A stretch of 64,000 nt of DNA from an uncultured Erysipelotrichaceae bacterium. GTDB taxonomy: Bacteria; Bacillota_I; Bacilli_A; RF39; UBA660. This document shows, piece after piece, positions 44,146 to 55,928 of the stretch (position 1 is its first letter; each line of letters opens with the position of its first letter). The DNA lies in assembly GCA_902780585.1 (NCBI GenBank), contig CACZGA010000002.1, forward strand, positions 126 to 64,125, written 5' to 3'. Below the pieces are notes generated by a model that was given only the letters and a program-made list of their open reading frames with translations, made no database searches and was not told the origin of the DNA. The position numbers and the translations under genes are program-made.

Positions 44146-45507
44146 ATGCCAACAAGAGTTTTACCTAATAATATAGAAGCCGAGGAGTCAGTTTTAGGAG
44201 CATGTTTCTTATCAAAATATGCCCTTCAAAAAGCTGCGGAAAACCTTTCGGAAGAAGCTTTCTATAGTGAAAAGAATAGCAAAATTTTTGCAACAATGTT
44301 AGCTTTATTAGAAGAAAAAACACCAATTGATATCACAACAGTAACTAGTTATTTAAAAAAGAAAAATGAATTATCAGAAGTAGGTGGAGTAGAATACTTA
44401 ACTGAAGTATTAAATTATGTTCCTACAGCTGGCAATATAGACTATTATATACAGAGTGTTGAAGAGGCTGCAATTTTAAGAAACTTAATTCAAACAGCTG
44501 AAGAAATAGCTCAAGAAGGCTATAATCCTGATGAATCTGTAAATGAAATATTAGATAATTCTGAAAAGAAAATATTAGGAATAGTAAAAAATCGTAAGTC
44601 TAGTGAATTTAGAACAATAAAAGATATTCTAGCTAAAACACAATCTGACTTAGAAAGATTATCTGAAAACAAAGGTGAAATTACTGGTCTTGCAACGGGC
44701 TGGTATGACTTTGATAGGCTTACTACAGGGCTACATCCTAATGAATTTATAATAATTGCAGCTAGACCAGCTATGGGTAAAACTGCTTTTGCCTTAAATC
44801 TAGCTACACATGTTGCTATGACGCAAGATAAATCTGTTGCACTATTTAACTTAGAGATGAGTGCTGAGCAATTAGCCCAACGTATTTTATCATCCCTAGG
44901 CCAAATAGATGGATTTAAACTAAGAACAGGTAACCTAATTAATCAAGATTGGAAAAGAATAAATGAAGCTGTATCCCAACTTGCTAATACAAACTTAGTA
45001 ATGGATGATACCCCTGGTATTACTATAGGTGAAATAAGAGCTAAATGTCGTAGAATTGCTAGTAGTGAAAAAGGTTTAGCCCTAATTGTAATTGACTACT
45101 TACAATTAATTTCAGGTGGTAAAAACTATGGTGCTAATCGTCAGCAAGAAGTATCAGACATTTCTCGTAGCTTAAAGACCCTAGCTATGGAATTAGGGGT
45201 ACCAGTAATTGCTTTATCCCAATTATCCAGAGGTGTTGAGGCTCGTGAAGATAAAAGACCGCTAATGAGTGACTTAAGAGAGTCTGGATCTATTGAACAA
45301 GATGCCGATATAGTAGCGTTCTTATATCGTGATGATTACTATAATAAAGAAGCCAGAACAGAAGATAATACTAGTATCAGCGAATTAATTATAGGAAAAC
45401 ATCGTAATGGACCTACAGCAACTATAGAATTACTATTTAAAAAGAACACTTCAACATTTGTTAATATAAGAAAAGAAAAGAATAAGGAGGGACCTCCTAG
45501 TGAGTAA
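44146..45507 (+). CDS. dnaB: replicative DNA helicase
   Basis: PNNIEAEESVLGA N-terminus, Walker A ARPAMGKTAFALN, IVIDYLQLI, RecA-like C-terminal domain; 453 aa. Confidence 0.96.
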   Translation: MPTRVLPNNIEAEESVLGACFLSKYALQKAAENLSEEAFYSEKNSKIFATMLALLEEKTPIDITTVTSYLKKKNELSEVGGVEYLTEVLNYVPTAGNIDYYIQSVEEAAILRNLIQTAEEIAQEGYNPDESVNEILDNSEKKILGIVKNRKSSEFRTIKDILAKTQSDLERLSENKGEITGLATGWYDFDRLTTGLHPNEFIIIAARPAMGKTAFALNLATHVAMTQDKSVALFNLEMSAEQLAQRILSSLGQIDGFKLRTGNLINQDWKRINEAVSQLANTNLVMDDTPGITIGEIRAKCRRIASSEKGLALIVIDYLQLISGGKNYGANRQQEVSDISRSLKTLAMELGVPVIALSQLSRGVEAREDKRPLMSDLRESGSIEQDADIVAFLYRDDYYNKEARTEDNTSISELIIGKHRNGPTATIELLFKKNTSTFVNIRKEKNKEGPPSE

Positions 45508-46993
45508 AAGAAAAGAATTATTGATTATTTTATTGATTCTTATTGTACCCGTAGTAACAGGTTTCACTAAAGCAAACTCATCTCCTAAAACAGTATATAG
45601 AGTATACTTAAAAGGACAGTCTTTGGGAACAATTGAATCAAAAAAATCCTTTGAAAACTACATTGACAAAAAACAAGAAGAAATAAAGAAAAAGTACAAT
45701 GTAAAAAAAGTATACGCTCCAGTAGATTTAGATATTGTTAAAGAGATTACTTTTGAAGGTACTATAAAATCAAATGAAGAAATATATAATGAAATAAAGG
45801 ATATATCACCATTTACTATTAATGGTTATACTATAAAAATTAAAGGTTTAGATTCAAAAGACAGTGAAGGAAAAACAATTAAGGGAACTACTCAAAAAAT
45901 ATATGTCCTTGAAAAATCAACATTTACAACTGCTGTTGAAAAAACAGCTAAATCATTTATAACGCAAGAAGCCTATGAAGCTTATGCTAATGATACCCAA
46001 AAAGAAATAGTAGATACTGGAACTATAATTGAAAATATCTACATAAAAAATAAAATAACAATAAAGAAAGATAAAATACCCGTAGATAAAACAATCTATA
46101 CAACCGAAGAAGACTTAAGTAAATACTTGCTTTTTGGAACAACCGAAGCCCAAGCAACGTATACAATACAAGACGGAGACACAATACCCGATGTAGCATT
46201 TAATAATAAGATATCAATAGAAGAATTCTTAATTGCTAATCCAAATCTACAAGGGGAAAACAGTTTATTATCTCCTGGACAAATTGTTACGCTAGGAATA
46301 TTAAAACCTCAGATAAGCGTTGTAGAAGAAGATCATGTTGTTAAAGACGAAGAACAAAACTATGCAACAAAGACGGAAGAAGATCCTAATCAATATACAA
46401 ATTATTCAGTAGTTAAACAAGCTGGAATGAAAGGTTTAAATCGCGTTACTCAGAAAATTCAAAAAGTCAATGGCGAAACAGTATCTCTAGTAGGTATTTC
46501 TCAAGAAGTATTAAAAGAACCTGTAGAAGAAATTGTTGTTAAGGGTACTAAAAAACGTGAATCTAGTTGGAGTGGAGGATATGGTGATTTAATTGTCACT
46601 AAAGGTATGTTTGGTTGGCCAGCAACCTGTTCAACAATATCTAGTCCTTTTGGTTGGCGTTGGGGTGCACTACACGATGGAACAGATATTGCTGGATGTG
46701 GATATGGTTCAAATATATTTGCTGCTGAATCAGGTGAAGTATACACCGTATCATATAAGTACGATAATGGACAATACATTGTAATTAAACATGATAATGG
46801 ATACTATACTATGTACGCTCATTTGTGTAGTGGCTGTACATATGTAAAAGTAGGAGATAGGGTACAGAGAGGACAACCAATTGGTGGTATGGGACAAACT
46901 GGATACGCAACAGGAGTTCACTTACATTTTTCTATTTGGACAGGCCCACCTTATTATGGTGGAAGAGCTCTAAACCCAATGAGTTTCTATTAA
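45500..46993 (+). CDS. secreted/membrane-anchored M23-family peptidoglycan metalloendopeptidase with LysM and G5-like domains
   Basis: N-terminal TM/signal. LysM (YTIQDGDTIPDVAFNNKISIEEFLIANP). G5-like (VVKQAGMKGLNRVTQKIQKVNGE). M23 (HDGTDIAG..., GYATGVHLHFSI). GTG start 45500 after a GGAGGGA SD, overlapping the dnaB stop. Confidence 0.85.
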   Translation: MSKRKELLIILLILIVPVVTGFTKANSSPKTVYRVYLKGQSLGTIESKKSFENYIDKKQEEIKKKYNVKKVYAPVDLDIVKEITFEGTIKSNEEIYNEIKDISPFTINGYTIKIKGLDSKDSEGKTIKGTTQKIYVLEKSTFTTAVEKTAKSFITQEAYEAYANDTQKEIVDTGTIIENIYIKNKITIKKDKIPVDKTIYTTEEDLSKYLLFGTTEAQATYTIQDGDTIPDVAFNNKISIEEFLIANPNLQGENSLLSPGQIVTLGILKPQISVVEEDHVVKDEEQNYATKTEEDPNQYTNYSVVKQAGMKGLNRVTQKIQKVNGETVSLVGISQEVLKEPVEEIVVKGTKKRESSWSGGYGDLIVTKGMFGWPATCSTISSPFGWRWGALHDGTDIAGCGYGSNIFAAESGEVYTVSYKYDNGQYIVIKHDNGYYTMYAHLCSGCTYVKVGDRVQRGQPIGGMGQTGYATGVHLHFSIWTGPPYYGGRALNPMSFY

Positions 46994-46994
46994 A

Positions 46995-47750
46995 ATGAAA
47001 GTAAAAACAATAGCTAGTGGTTCAAAAGCAAACTGCACAATTGTGTTATGTGAAGATACAAATCTAATAATAGATATGGGAATTTCTTACTTAACTTTAA
47101 AAAAAAGTTTAGAAGAAAATTCCCTTTCTTTTCAAGATTTTTCAGGGATTCTTATAACACACTGTCACACGGACCATATTAAAGGACTAGCTTCCTTGAT
47201 AAAAAAGACAAACCTAAATGTCTATATACCAGAAGCAATGTATGATAGTTTAAAAGAATACGTACCTTATCCAAAATGTATATTTGTAGACGATGAGTTT
47301 ACTATAAATGATGTAAAAATAGAATTATTACATACTTCTCATGATGCCCCTTCATCAGTAGGATATGTTATAGAACACAATAATAAAAGCCTAGTATATG
47401 TTACTGATACAGGTTATATAAATAGAAAAGTACTTGCTAAAATGGTAGGAAAAGATGCCTACATAATAGAAAGCAACCATGACGAAATAATGCTAATGGA
47501 TGGACCTTATCCAAGGTATTTAAAAGAAAGAATAATTAGTGATAAAGGCCACTTATCTAACAATACCACAGCTTCTTACTTAAAAAAGATAGTAGGAAAA
47601 AATACAAAAAATATTATTCTTGCCCACCTAAGTGAAACAAATAATACCCCCGATAAGGCTATTGAAGCAATTGAACAAGTAGGCCTAGACAAAAATATAA
47701 ACATAATTATAGCCTACCAACGAGAAGAGAGCCCTATGATAGAAATATAG
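46995..47750 (+). CDS. MBL-fold metallo-hydrolase (YycJ/WalJ-like)
   Basis: ITHCHTDHIKG motif; 251 aa. Confidence 0.85.
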   Translation: MKVKTIASGSKANCTIVLCEDTNLIIDMGISYLTLKKSLEENSLSFQDFSGILITHCHTDHIKGLASLIKKTNLNVYIPEAMYDSLKEYVPYPKCIFVDDEFTINDVKIELLHTSHDAPSSVGYVIEHNNKSLVYVTDTGYINRKVLAKMVGKDAYIIESNHDEIMLMDGPYPRYLKERIISDKGHLSNNTTASYLKKIVGKNTKNIILAHLSETNNTPDKAIEAIEQVGLDKNINIIIAYQREESPMIEI

Positions 47751-47766
47751 TAAAGAAGGAATATTA

Positions 47767-48222
47767 ATGATAAAAATTATAGGTGTAGGAACTATAAAAG
47801 AACAATATTTAAAAGAAGCCATTAATGAATATGTAAAAAGACTAAAAAAATTTACAACAATAGAAATAATAGAAGTAAAAGACGAAGGCTTTGTTGAAAA
47901 AGAAAAAGCTATGAGTCTAGAAGAAGCAAAAATATTAAAACATATTCATGAAAAAGACTATATAATTACTCTAGAAATAGAAGGAAAAGAACTAGATTCA
48001 GTTGAGTTTGCTAATAAAATAGATAAAATCCAACAAGAACATAGTAATATTACCTTTATAATTGGTGGTAGTTATGGTTTATCAAATAATATAAAAGCTA
48101 AAGCTAATTTTAGTCTATCGTTTTCTAAAATGACTTTTCCCCACCAATTATTTAGAGTACTTCTTCTAGAACAAATATATAGAGCCTTTAAAATTAATAA
48201 TAATGAAAGTTATCATAAGTAG
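47767..48222 (+). CDS. rlmH: 23S rRNA (pseudouridine1915-N3)-methyltransferase
   Basis: 151 aa SPOUT fold; FIIGGSYGLS and TFPHQLFRVLLLEQIYRA. Confidence 0.9.
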   Translation: MIKIIGVGTIKEQYLKEAINEYVKRLKKFTTIEIIEVKDEGFVEKEKAMSLEEAKILKHIHEKDYIITLEIEGKELDSVEFANKIDKIQQEHSNITFIIGGSYGLSNNIKAKANFSLSFSKMTFPHQLFRVLLLEQIYRAFKINNNESYHK

Positions 48223-48230
48223 GTGAATTT

Positions 48231-48893
48231 ATGATTGGAAATCTATGGGATCAATATTTAGAACAAGAATATAAAAAAGAATACTTTCAAAAGCTAATGG
48301 ATTTTGTCAAAGAAGAATATAAACACAAAACGATTTATCCAAAACAAAATGAAGTCTTTAATGCTTTTAGATATACAGATTATTCTAATGTAAAAGTAGT
48401 TATCTTGGGTCAAGACCCTTATCATGGTCCAAATCAAGCCGAAGGCTTATCATTTTCCGTAAAGAATGAAGTGTTAAAACCACCGTCATTACAAAACATT
48501 TTTAAGGAACTAGAAAGTGATTTAGGAATACCATTTCCAGAACATAACTCTCTAAAACCCTGGGCTAAACAAGGAGTACTTCTTCTAAATGCTGTCTTAA
48601 CTGTCGAAGAACATAAGCCTACATCTCATAAAAATCAAGGCTGGGAAGAGTTTACTGATCAAGTAATAAAGATATTAAATGACAGAGATACACCTACAGT
48701 ATTTATTCTCTGGGGATCATATGCTAGAAGTAAAAAAGCTTTTATTACAAATAAAAAACATCTAGTTATAGAATCAGCTCATCCTTCACCTTTTTCCGCA
48801 AGAAATGGCTTTTTTGGTAGTAAACCCTTTTCTAAAACAAATGAATTTTTAAAAAAGAATAATATAAAAGAAATAGATTGGAGAATAGAATGA
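48231..48893 (+). CDS. ung: uracil-DNA glycosylase
   Basis: GQDPYHGPNQAEGLSFSV and HPSPFSA motifs; 220 aa. Its TGA stop overlaps the next ATG. Confidence 0.95.
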   Translation: MIGNLWDQYLEQEYKKEYFQKLMDFVKEEYKHKTIYPKQNEVFNAFRYTDYSNVKVVILGQDPYHGPNQAEGLSFSVKNEVLKPPSLQNIFKELESDLGIPFPEHNSLKPWAKQGVLLLNAVLTVEEHKPTSHKNQGWEEFTDQVIKILNDRDTPTVFILWGSYARSKKAFITNKKHLVIESAHPSPFSARNGFFGSKPFSKTNEFLKKNNIKEIDWRIE

Positions 48894-49633
48894 AAAATAA
48901 ATTAATGAATGGCTATATAACTTTTTGTATATACGCTTTAATAGGGTGGATTTATGAAGTACTATGGCTTTGGTTTGTTGTACCACCAAGACAATTTGAA
49001 AATAGAGGAGTGTTATTTGGCCCATTTCTCCCAATATATGGTTTTGGAATGCTAATACTATTGTTTTGCCTAAAAACGTTTATGGCTAAAAAACACGAAC
49101 TACAAAATCCTTTATATATGGGTATATCAACCTCTGTATTAACAACATTTTTCTATACATCATTCATAGAATATACAACCCCCAGAATACATAATATCTT
49201 AGAATATTTGAAAAGTTATGGAATAGGCTTATTAATTGCTAATATAGTAGTGTTCGTAATTGTATATCTAGTTGTAAACAAAACAAAAAATGAAAAACTA
49301 AAGAAATTTGATACAACTATTATTTTAATATTCATACTTGTTTGGTTAATTACCACAACAATAGAATTCATTTCTCACTTCGTAATAGATAACTATTTCC
49401 ATAAAATATTATGGGATTATACCAAAGACTTCTTAAATATAAATGGAAGAGTAACCTGGGATGCATCTAGGAACTTTGCTCTTGGAGGAACATTATTACT
49501 ATTTGGTGTACAACCTAAAATTAATAATTTCTTAAATAGCACCAAAGAAAAAAATAAAATCTTAATAACTCTTATAATTGGAATACCAATGTTACTAGAT
49601 TTTATTTTTCATACATTTTTAAAATTAATTTAA
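48890..49633 (+). CDS. polytopic membrane protein (resembles the 'putative ABC-transporter type IV'/CmpB family)
   Basis: 247 aa from ATG 48890 (ATGA overlap with ung). About 6 TM helices. N-terminal FCIYALIGWIYEVLW pattern. Confidence 0.6.
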   Translation: MKNKLMNGYITFCIYALIGWIYEVLWLWFVVPPRQFENRGVLFGPFLPIYGFGMLILLFCLKTFMAKKHELQNPLYMGISTSVLTTFFYTSFIEYTTPRIHNILEYLKSYGIGLLIANIVVFVIVYLVVNKTKNEKLKKFDTTIILIFILVWLITTTIEFISHFVIDNYFHKILWDYTKDFLNINGRVTWDASRNFALGGTLLLFGVQPKINNFLNSTKEKNKILITLIIGIPMLLDFIFHTFLKLI

Positions 49634-49659
49634 TCCACAAAAACTGTGGATTATTTTTT

Positions 49660-49661
<2 letters not shown>
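49631..49661. terminator. bidirectional terminator between convergent membrane-protein gene and pta
   Basis: AUCCACA-AAAAC-UGUGGAU followed by a U-rich tract. Confidence 0.6.
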
Positions 49662-50649
<988 letters not shown>

Positions 50650-50656
50650 TCACCCT

Positions 50657-51187
50657 CTATTTTTCATTTAATATTTCAAACATTTCCCTTTTTTCATTAT
50701 TATAAAACTCTTTTTTACGATATCTCTTTATAAAAGCAACTATCTTTGATGGAAATGAAGCTACTAATTTATTAAAATCAACAACCGTATCATTATAAAA
50801 CTTAATCGCACCCATTATATCTTCTTCATTATCATTAAACTCTTCTAAAATTTTATTTAAAGGCTTACTCTTCAATAACTTTTCATTTTCATCTAATATT
50901 TTATATAACTCATTAGACGCTTTCTTAAGTAAAGAATGTGCCACAAAATTATTCGCATCAACAGGAATAATATCTAATTCAGGTAATAATTCTTCGTTTT
51001 TCAATTCCTTAGTAATTATAGGTTTAGCTCTATTCAATAAATCCTCTTTCTTTTGTAAATACAAAGAAATATCCTCCTCGGCCTTATCTATTTTAATAAT
51101 TGCTAACTGAAATTTATTATGTATAATAACAAATATAAATAATAAAAACGATACTACCACAATAATTCCTATAATAATCTCTACCAT
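50657..51187 (-). CDS. LemA-family membrane protein
   Basis: N-terminal TM helix. C-terminal AIKFYNDTVVDFNKLVASFPSKIVA matches the LemA YN..V..YN..I..FP pattern. Confidence 0.65.
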   Translation of the reverse strand: MVEIIIGIIVVVSFLLFIFVIIHNKFQLAIIKIDKAEEDISLYLQKKEDLLNRAKPIITKELKNEELLPELDIIPVDANNFVAHSLLKKASNELYKILDENEKLLKSKPLNKILEEFNDNEEDIMGAIKFYNDTVVDFNKLVASFPSKIVAFIKRYRKKEFYNNEKREMFEILNEK

Positions 51188-51310
51188 ATTATACCCTCCA
51201 TACTATATAGATTATAACAAATTAGAATGTTGAATACAATAAATAATATAATTGTATATATTAATAAAGTTATGATATAATCTACTCATGAATTTTAAGT
51301 GGGTGGTACT

Positions 51311-51649
51311 ATGCCTAGAATAGAGATAAAAGCTACTATTATAAATAGTGAAGAAACTAAAGAATTAAAAACAAAAGCTATTCTACAAGATGAAATAATA
51401 AAATATAAAGAAGATGATACCTTAGTTTCAATAGATTTAGAAAGACATATCTTAACAAGAGATAATAATAATTATAAATTGCTTTATAATTTTGATGAAA
51501 ATAAAGGTAGTATAAATCTAAAAGAAAATAATCAAATAGTAGAAATACCAATAGTAACAAAGAATATAGAAAGAAAGAATAATGATATTAAAATAGAATA
51601 TGCAGTAGAAAATGATATATTTAAATATCAAGTAGAGGAAAAAAAATGA
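51311..51649 (+). CDS. DUF1934-family protein (YwiB-like)
   Basis: 112 aa from ATG 51311. Beta-rich. Its stop overlaps the argS start, as with Bacillus ywiB-argS. Confidence 0.6.
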   Translation: MPRIEIKATIINSEETKELKTKAILQDEIIKYKEDDTLVSIDLERHILTRDNNNYKLLYNFDENKGSINLKENNQIVEIPIVTKNIERKNNDIKIEYAVENDIFKYQVEEKK

Positions 51650-53394
51650 GTATATTAAAAGAATTAGAATTAGATATCAAAAAAATACTAAAACAAGCTG
51701 GTTATGAAGTAGAACGTTTAGCCATGGAAGAATCAAATCGTAAAGATTTAGGAGAATATCAATTAAATGATGCCATGCAATTAGCTAAAACTTATCATGA
51801 TAACCCTAGAAATATTGCTGAAAAAATAAAGGGCGAACTAGAAAAAGATTCACGCTTTACAAATATAAATATTGCTGGGCCAGGCTTTATAAATTTCAGT
51901 TTATCAAACGAATATATAGTAGAAATACTAAATCGTATGAATCAAGATATATTTAACAATATAGATAAGAAAGCTCCTAAAAAGATAGTAATAGACTATG
52001 GAGGAGCAAATGTTGCTAAAGCCTTACACGTAGGACATTTAAGAAGTGCTAATATTGGTGAAGCTCTAAAAAGATTAGCTAATCTATTAGGCTGCAAAGC
52101 CATAGGAGATGCTCATTTAGGAGACTTTGGTAGACCACTAGGATTAGTTATAAAAGAAATAAAAGAAGAATATCCTGATTTAGCTTATTTTGATCCAAAT
52201 TATGAAGGAGACTATAGTGAAATAGAACTTCCTATCACAAATGAAGATTTAGAAAGAATTTATCCTTTAGCATCCAACAAATCAAAAGAAGATGAAGCTT
52301 ATCTAGAAGATGCTAGAGATATAACTATGAAATTCCAATCTAAAGAAAAAGGCTATTACGAATTATGGAAGAAAATAGTAGATATATCAAAAAAAGATAT
52401 CAAAAAAATATATGATTCATTAAATACAAACTTCGAAATATGGAATGGTGAATCAGATGAAATGGAATTCTTTGCTGAATTATATAAAATATATGAAGAA
52501 AAAGGACTAATTACTGAAAGTGAAGGTGCTAAAGTAATAGATGTATCAAAAGAAGATGATAATGCACCTATGCCACCATTAATGATGGTAAAAACTAATG
52601 GTACTATGTCATATGACTCTACTGATTTAGCCGCTATTTTAGAAAGAAAAGTAAACTTTAATCCAGATGAAATATGGTATGTAGTAGATGGAAGACAATC
52701 ACTTCATTTTGAACAAGTATTCCGTGCTGCACGTAAAGCAAAACTAGTAGATGATAATGTAGAATTAATTCATATAGGTTTTGGTACTATGAATGGTAAA
52801 GATGGCAAACCATTTAAAACAAGAGATGGTGGAGTAATGTCTCTTGAAAATTTAATAGAATTAGTAAATATAGAAACATATAAAAGAATAAATAATGAAA
52901 GCATTTCAGAAGAAGAAAAACAAGAAATATCCAAAGTAGTAGGAATGGCTGCTTTAAAATATGCTGACTTATTACCATTTAGAGGAACAGACTATATTTT
53001 TGAAACTGAAAAATTTGCCGACTTAGAAGGAAAAACAGGTCCATACTTATTATATTCAACAATACGTATGAAATCACTTCTAAAGAAAGCAAATGCTAAA
53101 GAGAAAAACACAATAATAAAACTAAAAGGCCAAGTAGAAAAAGATATAGCTTTAACCCTATTAAATCTACCAACTATATTAAATAAATCATATGAAACAA
53201 AATCTTTAAATGATATAGCAGAATACTTATATAAATTAACATCTCTTTATAATAAATTTTATCAAGATAATAGAGTTTTAGCAGAAGAAGATAATGAATT
53301 AAAAATATCTTGGTTAGCTTTAACAGAGTTAGTTTATAAGGTAAATACCTTACTATTGGATACTTTAGGAATAATTGTTCCTGATAAAATGTAA
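51646..53394 (+). CDS. argS: arginine--tRNA ligase
   Basis: 582 aa. Class-I HVGH motif (AKALHVGHLRSANIGE), DALR anticodon-binding C-terminus, terminal Met. Confidence 0.9.
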   Translation: MSILKELELDIKKILKQAGYEVERLAMEESNRKDLGEYQLNDAMQLAKTYHDNPRNIAEKIKGELEKDSRFTNINIAGPGFINFSLSNEYIVEILNRMNQDIFNNIDKKAPKKIVIDYGGANVAKALHVGHLRSANIGEALKRLANLLGCKAIGDAHLGDFGRPLGLVIKEIKEEYPDLAYFDPNYEGDYSEIELPITNEDLERIYPLASNKSKEDEAYLEDARDITMKFQSKEKGYYELWKKIVDISKKDIKKIYDSLNTNFEIWNGESDEMEFFAELYKIYEEKGLITESEGAKVIDVSKEDDNAPMPPLMMVKTNGTMSYDSTDLAAILERKVNFNPDEIWYVVDGRQSLHFEQVFRAARKAKLVDDNVELIHIGFGTMNGKDGKPFKTRDGGVMSLENLIELVNIETYKRINNESISEEEKQEISKVVGMAALKYADLLPFRGTDYIFETEKFADLEGKTGPYLLYSTIRMKSLLKKANAKEKNTIIKLKGQVEKDIALTLLNLPTILNKSYETKSLNDIAEYLYKLTSLYNKFYQDNRVLAEEDNELKISWLALTELVYKVNTLLLDTLGIIVPDKM

Positions 53395-53505
53395 AAAAAG
53401 TGTTGCGTATAGTAAAGATATATGTTATAAATTTATTGGTTTGTTTTTAAACCACTAAATAAAAGAAAAAAACAAAATAATTATAAATACATAGGAGGAC
53501 GCCAA

Positions 53506-53946
53506 ATGAGTCTCAAAACAATGAAGAAAGATGAATTAGAATTGCTATCAAACAAGGATATAGCATTCATGATTTTATCAGAAGGAAAAAGAAAGTTAAA
53601 TACTGCTGATTTATTTAGAAAAATAATGAAGCTACTAGATTTACCAGAAAGTGCTTTTGAAAAGAAAATAGCAGATTTTTATACTGCCCTAGCAACAGAT
53701 AAAAGATTTATTCTACTAGATAATGGTAAATGGGATTTAAGAAGCAATCATACATCAGATAAAATAATAAAAGTATCAGATGAAGACGAAGAAGATGAAG
53801 ATACGTCTGAAGAAGAAAAACAAGAAGAAGAAATAGAAGAAGATAATTTTGATGATACTGAAGATGAAGAATATGATGAAGACACTAACGAAGAACTAAA
53901 AGATCTAGTAGTAATCGATGAAGATGAGTTAGAACTAGAAGAATAA
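53506..53946 (+). CDS. rpoE: DNA-directed RNA polymerase subunit delta
   Basis: HARE-HTH-like N-domain (FYTALATDKRFILLDNGKWDLR) plus an about 55-aa Asp/Glu tail. Confidence 0.88.
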   Translation: MSLKTMKKDELELLSNKDIAFMILSEGKRKLNTADLFRKIMKLLDLPESAFEKKIADFYTALATDKRFILLDNGKWDLRSNHTSDKIIKVSDEDEEDEDTSEEEKQEEEIEEDNFDDTEDEEYDEDTNEELKDLVVIDEDELELEE

Positions 53947-54037
53947 AAGAAATGGATAGAATCTCTATCTTTTTTTTATGTATAATTTCAATAAGTATGA
54001 TATAATAGGACTGAATTACGAAAGAATAGGTGATAAT

Positions 54038-55102
54038 ATGATAGAAAGATTAGAAGCAACATTAGAAAAATATAATCAATTACAAGAAGAATTAACAAAA
54101 CCCGAAGTATTATCTGATATAAAAAAAACCAAGGCTTACTCTAAAGAAATAGCCGAATTAGAAGATATAGTAACTTGCTACAAAAAATATAAAAAAGTAT
54201 TAGAAGATATAGAAAATACTAAAGAAATGGTAAAAGACCCAGAATTAGGAGAAATGGCTAAAGAGGAATTAAAAAACCTAGAAGAAGAAAAAATAGCCTT
54301 AGACTCAGAATTAGAAGTATTATTGATTCCTAAAGATCCTAACGATAGTAAGAATGTTATCATGGAAATAAGAGGGGCAGCAGGTGGAGATGAAGCTAAT
54401 ATCTTTGCTGGGGATTTATTTAGAATGTATACCAGATACGCAGAAAAACAGGGCTTCTCTTATCAAGTATATAACTCTATTGATGGTACAGCTGGAGGCT
54501 TTAGTCAAATAGAATTAATAATAAAGGGAAATGGAGCCTACTCTAAATTAAAATATGAAAGTGGTTCCCATAGAGTTCAAAGAGTACCTGTTACAGAATC
54601 AAATGGTAGACTACAAACTTCAACAGCTACAGTATTAGTAATGCCAGAAGCTGATGAAGATGTAGAATTAGAAATAAACCCTAATGATTTAAGAATTGAT
54701 ATTTATCGTTCTAGCGGTTGTGGTGGCCAAGGTGTAAATACAACTGATTCTGCTGTTAGAATTACACACCTTCCAACCGGTGTAGTAGTAACTTGTCAAA
54801 ACGAAAGAAGTCAAATTCAAAATAAAGAACAAGCTATGAAAGTCTTAAAATCAAGATTATATGAGCTACAAGAACAAGAAAAAGCTGAAAAAGAAGGAAA
54901 TGAAAGACGTAGTAAAATCGGTACTGGAGATAGAGCTGAAAAAATTAGAACTTATAACTACCCTCAAAACCGAGTAACTGATCACAGAATTGGCTTTACT
55001 ACTAATAATCTAGATCGTATTATGGATGGAGCGCTAGATGATATTATAGATGCTTTAATTCAAGAAGATCAAAAAAGAAAACTACAAGGCGAGACAGAAT
55101 AA
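54038..55102 (+). CDS. prfA: peptide chain release factor 1
   Basis: RVQRVPVTES (PxT anticodon-like motif) and SGCGGQGVNTTDSAVRITH (GGQ). Start ATG 54038 (AGGTGA SD). Confidence 0.95.
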   Translation: MIERLEATLEKYNQLQEELTKPEVLSDIKKTKAYSKEIAELEDIVTCYKKYKKVLEDIENTKEMVKDPELGEMAKEELKNLEEEKIALDSELEVLLIPKDPNDSKNVIMEIRGAAGGDEANIFAGDLFRMYTRYAEKQGFSYQVYNSIDGTAGGFSQIELIIKGNGAYSKLKYESGSHRVQRVPVTESNGRLQTSTATVLVMPEADEDVELEINPNDLRIDIYRSSGCGGQGVNTTDSAVRITHLPTGVVVTCQNERSQIQNKEQAMKVLKSRLYELQEQEKAEKEGNERRSKIGTGDRAEKIRTYNYPQNRVTDHRIGFTTNNLDRIMDGALDDIIDALIQEDQKRKLQGETE

Positions 55103-55103
55103 T

Positions 55104-55928
55104 ATGACAATAGAAGAACTCTTAATATATGGTAAAAGTCATTGCCATAAAGATCACGCCAAAATATTACTCGCAGAATTACTAAACAAAAATCCCTTAG
55201 AACTATTAAATTGTCTTGCTGAAAATGTTCCCCAAGAAAAAACAGAAATATATAAAGAAGAAATACAAGCTTTAAAAGAAGGAAAACCTCTACAATATGT
55301 TCTAAAACAAGTAAACTTCTATGGTAATAAATTCTATATTGACGAAAGAGTTTTAATACCCAGATTTGAAACAGAAGAATTAGTAGAAAATACCATAAGC
55401 TTTATTAATCAGTATTTTAATAATCCCATAGATATTATTGATTTAGGTTGTGGAAGTGGGGTAATAGGGTTAACTCTTGAAAAAAAAGTTTCCACAAGTT
55501 CTGTGGATTTAATAGATATTTCTAAAGAAGTCTTAGAAGTAACAAAAATTAATAAAGAAAACTTAAGTTCAAAAGCAAATATTATAGAAAGCGATTTCTT
55601 TAAAGAAATAAACAAAACATATGACGTAATTATTTCAAATCCTCCTTATATAGCAACCAAAGAAGAAATAGAGGACATTGTAAAAGATAATGAACCACAT
55701 ACAGCTCTGTATGCCGGCGAAAAAGGCTTAGACTGCTATGAAAAGATTATTAGGGATTTAAATAATCATATGAAAGATAAATGCTTAGTAGCTTTTGAAA
55801 TAGGTATGAATCAAGCTGCTAGTATTATTAATATAATAAATAATTATCTCCAAGATGTTAAAATAATAGTAAAAAAAGATTTATCAGACAAAGATAGAAT
55901 GCTATTTATATTAAAAAATCTAGGATAA
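55104..55928 (+). CDS. prmC: release factor glutamine methyltransferase
   Basis: DLGCGSG motif I and SNPPYI motif IV. Follows prfA. Confidence 0.92.
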   Translation: MTIEELLIYGKSHCHKDHAKILLAELLNKNPLELLNCLAENVPQEKTEIYKEEIQALKEGKPLQYVLKQVNFYGNKFYIDERVLIPRFETEELVENTISFINQYFNNPIDIIDLGCGSGVIGLTLEKKVSTSSVDLIDISKEVLEVTKINKENLSSKANIIESDFFKEINKTYDVIISNPPYIATKEEIEDIVKDNEPHTALYAGEKGLDCYEKIIRDLNNHMKDKCLVAFEIGMNQAASIINIINNYLQDVKIIVKKDLSDKDRMLFILKNLG

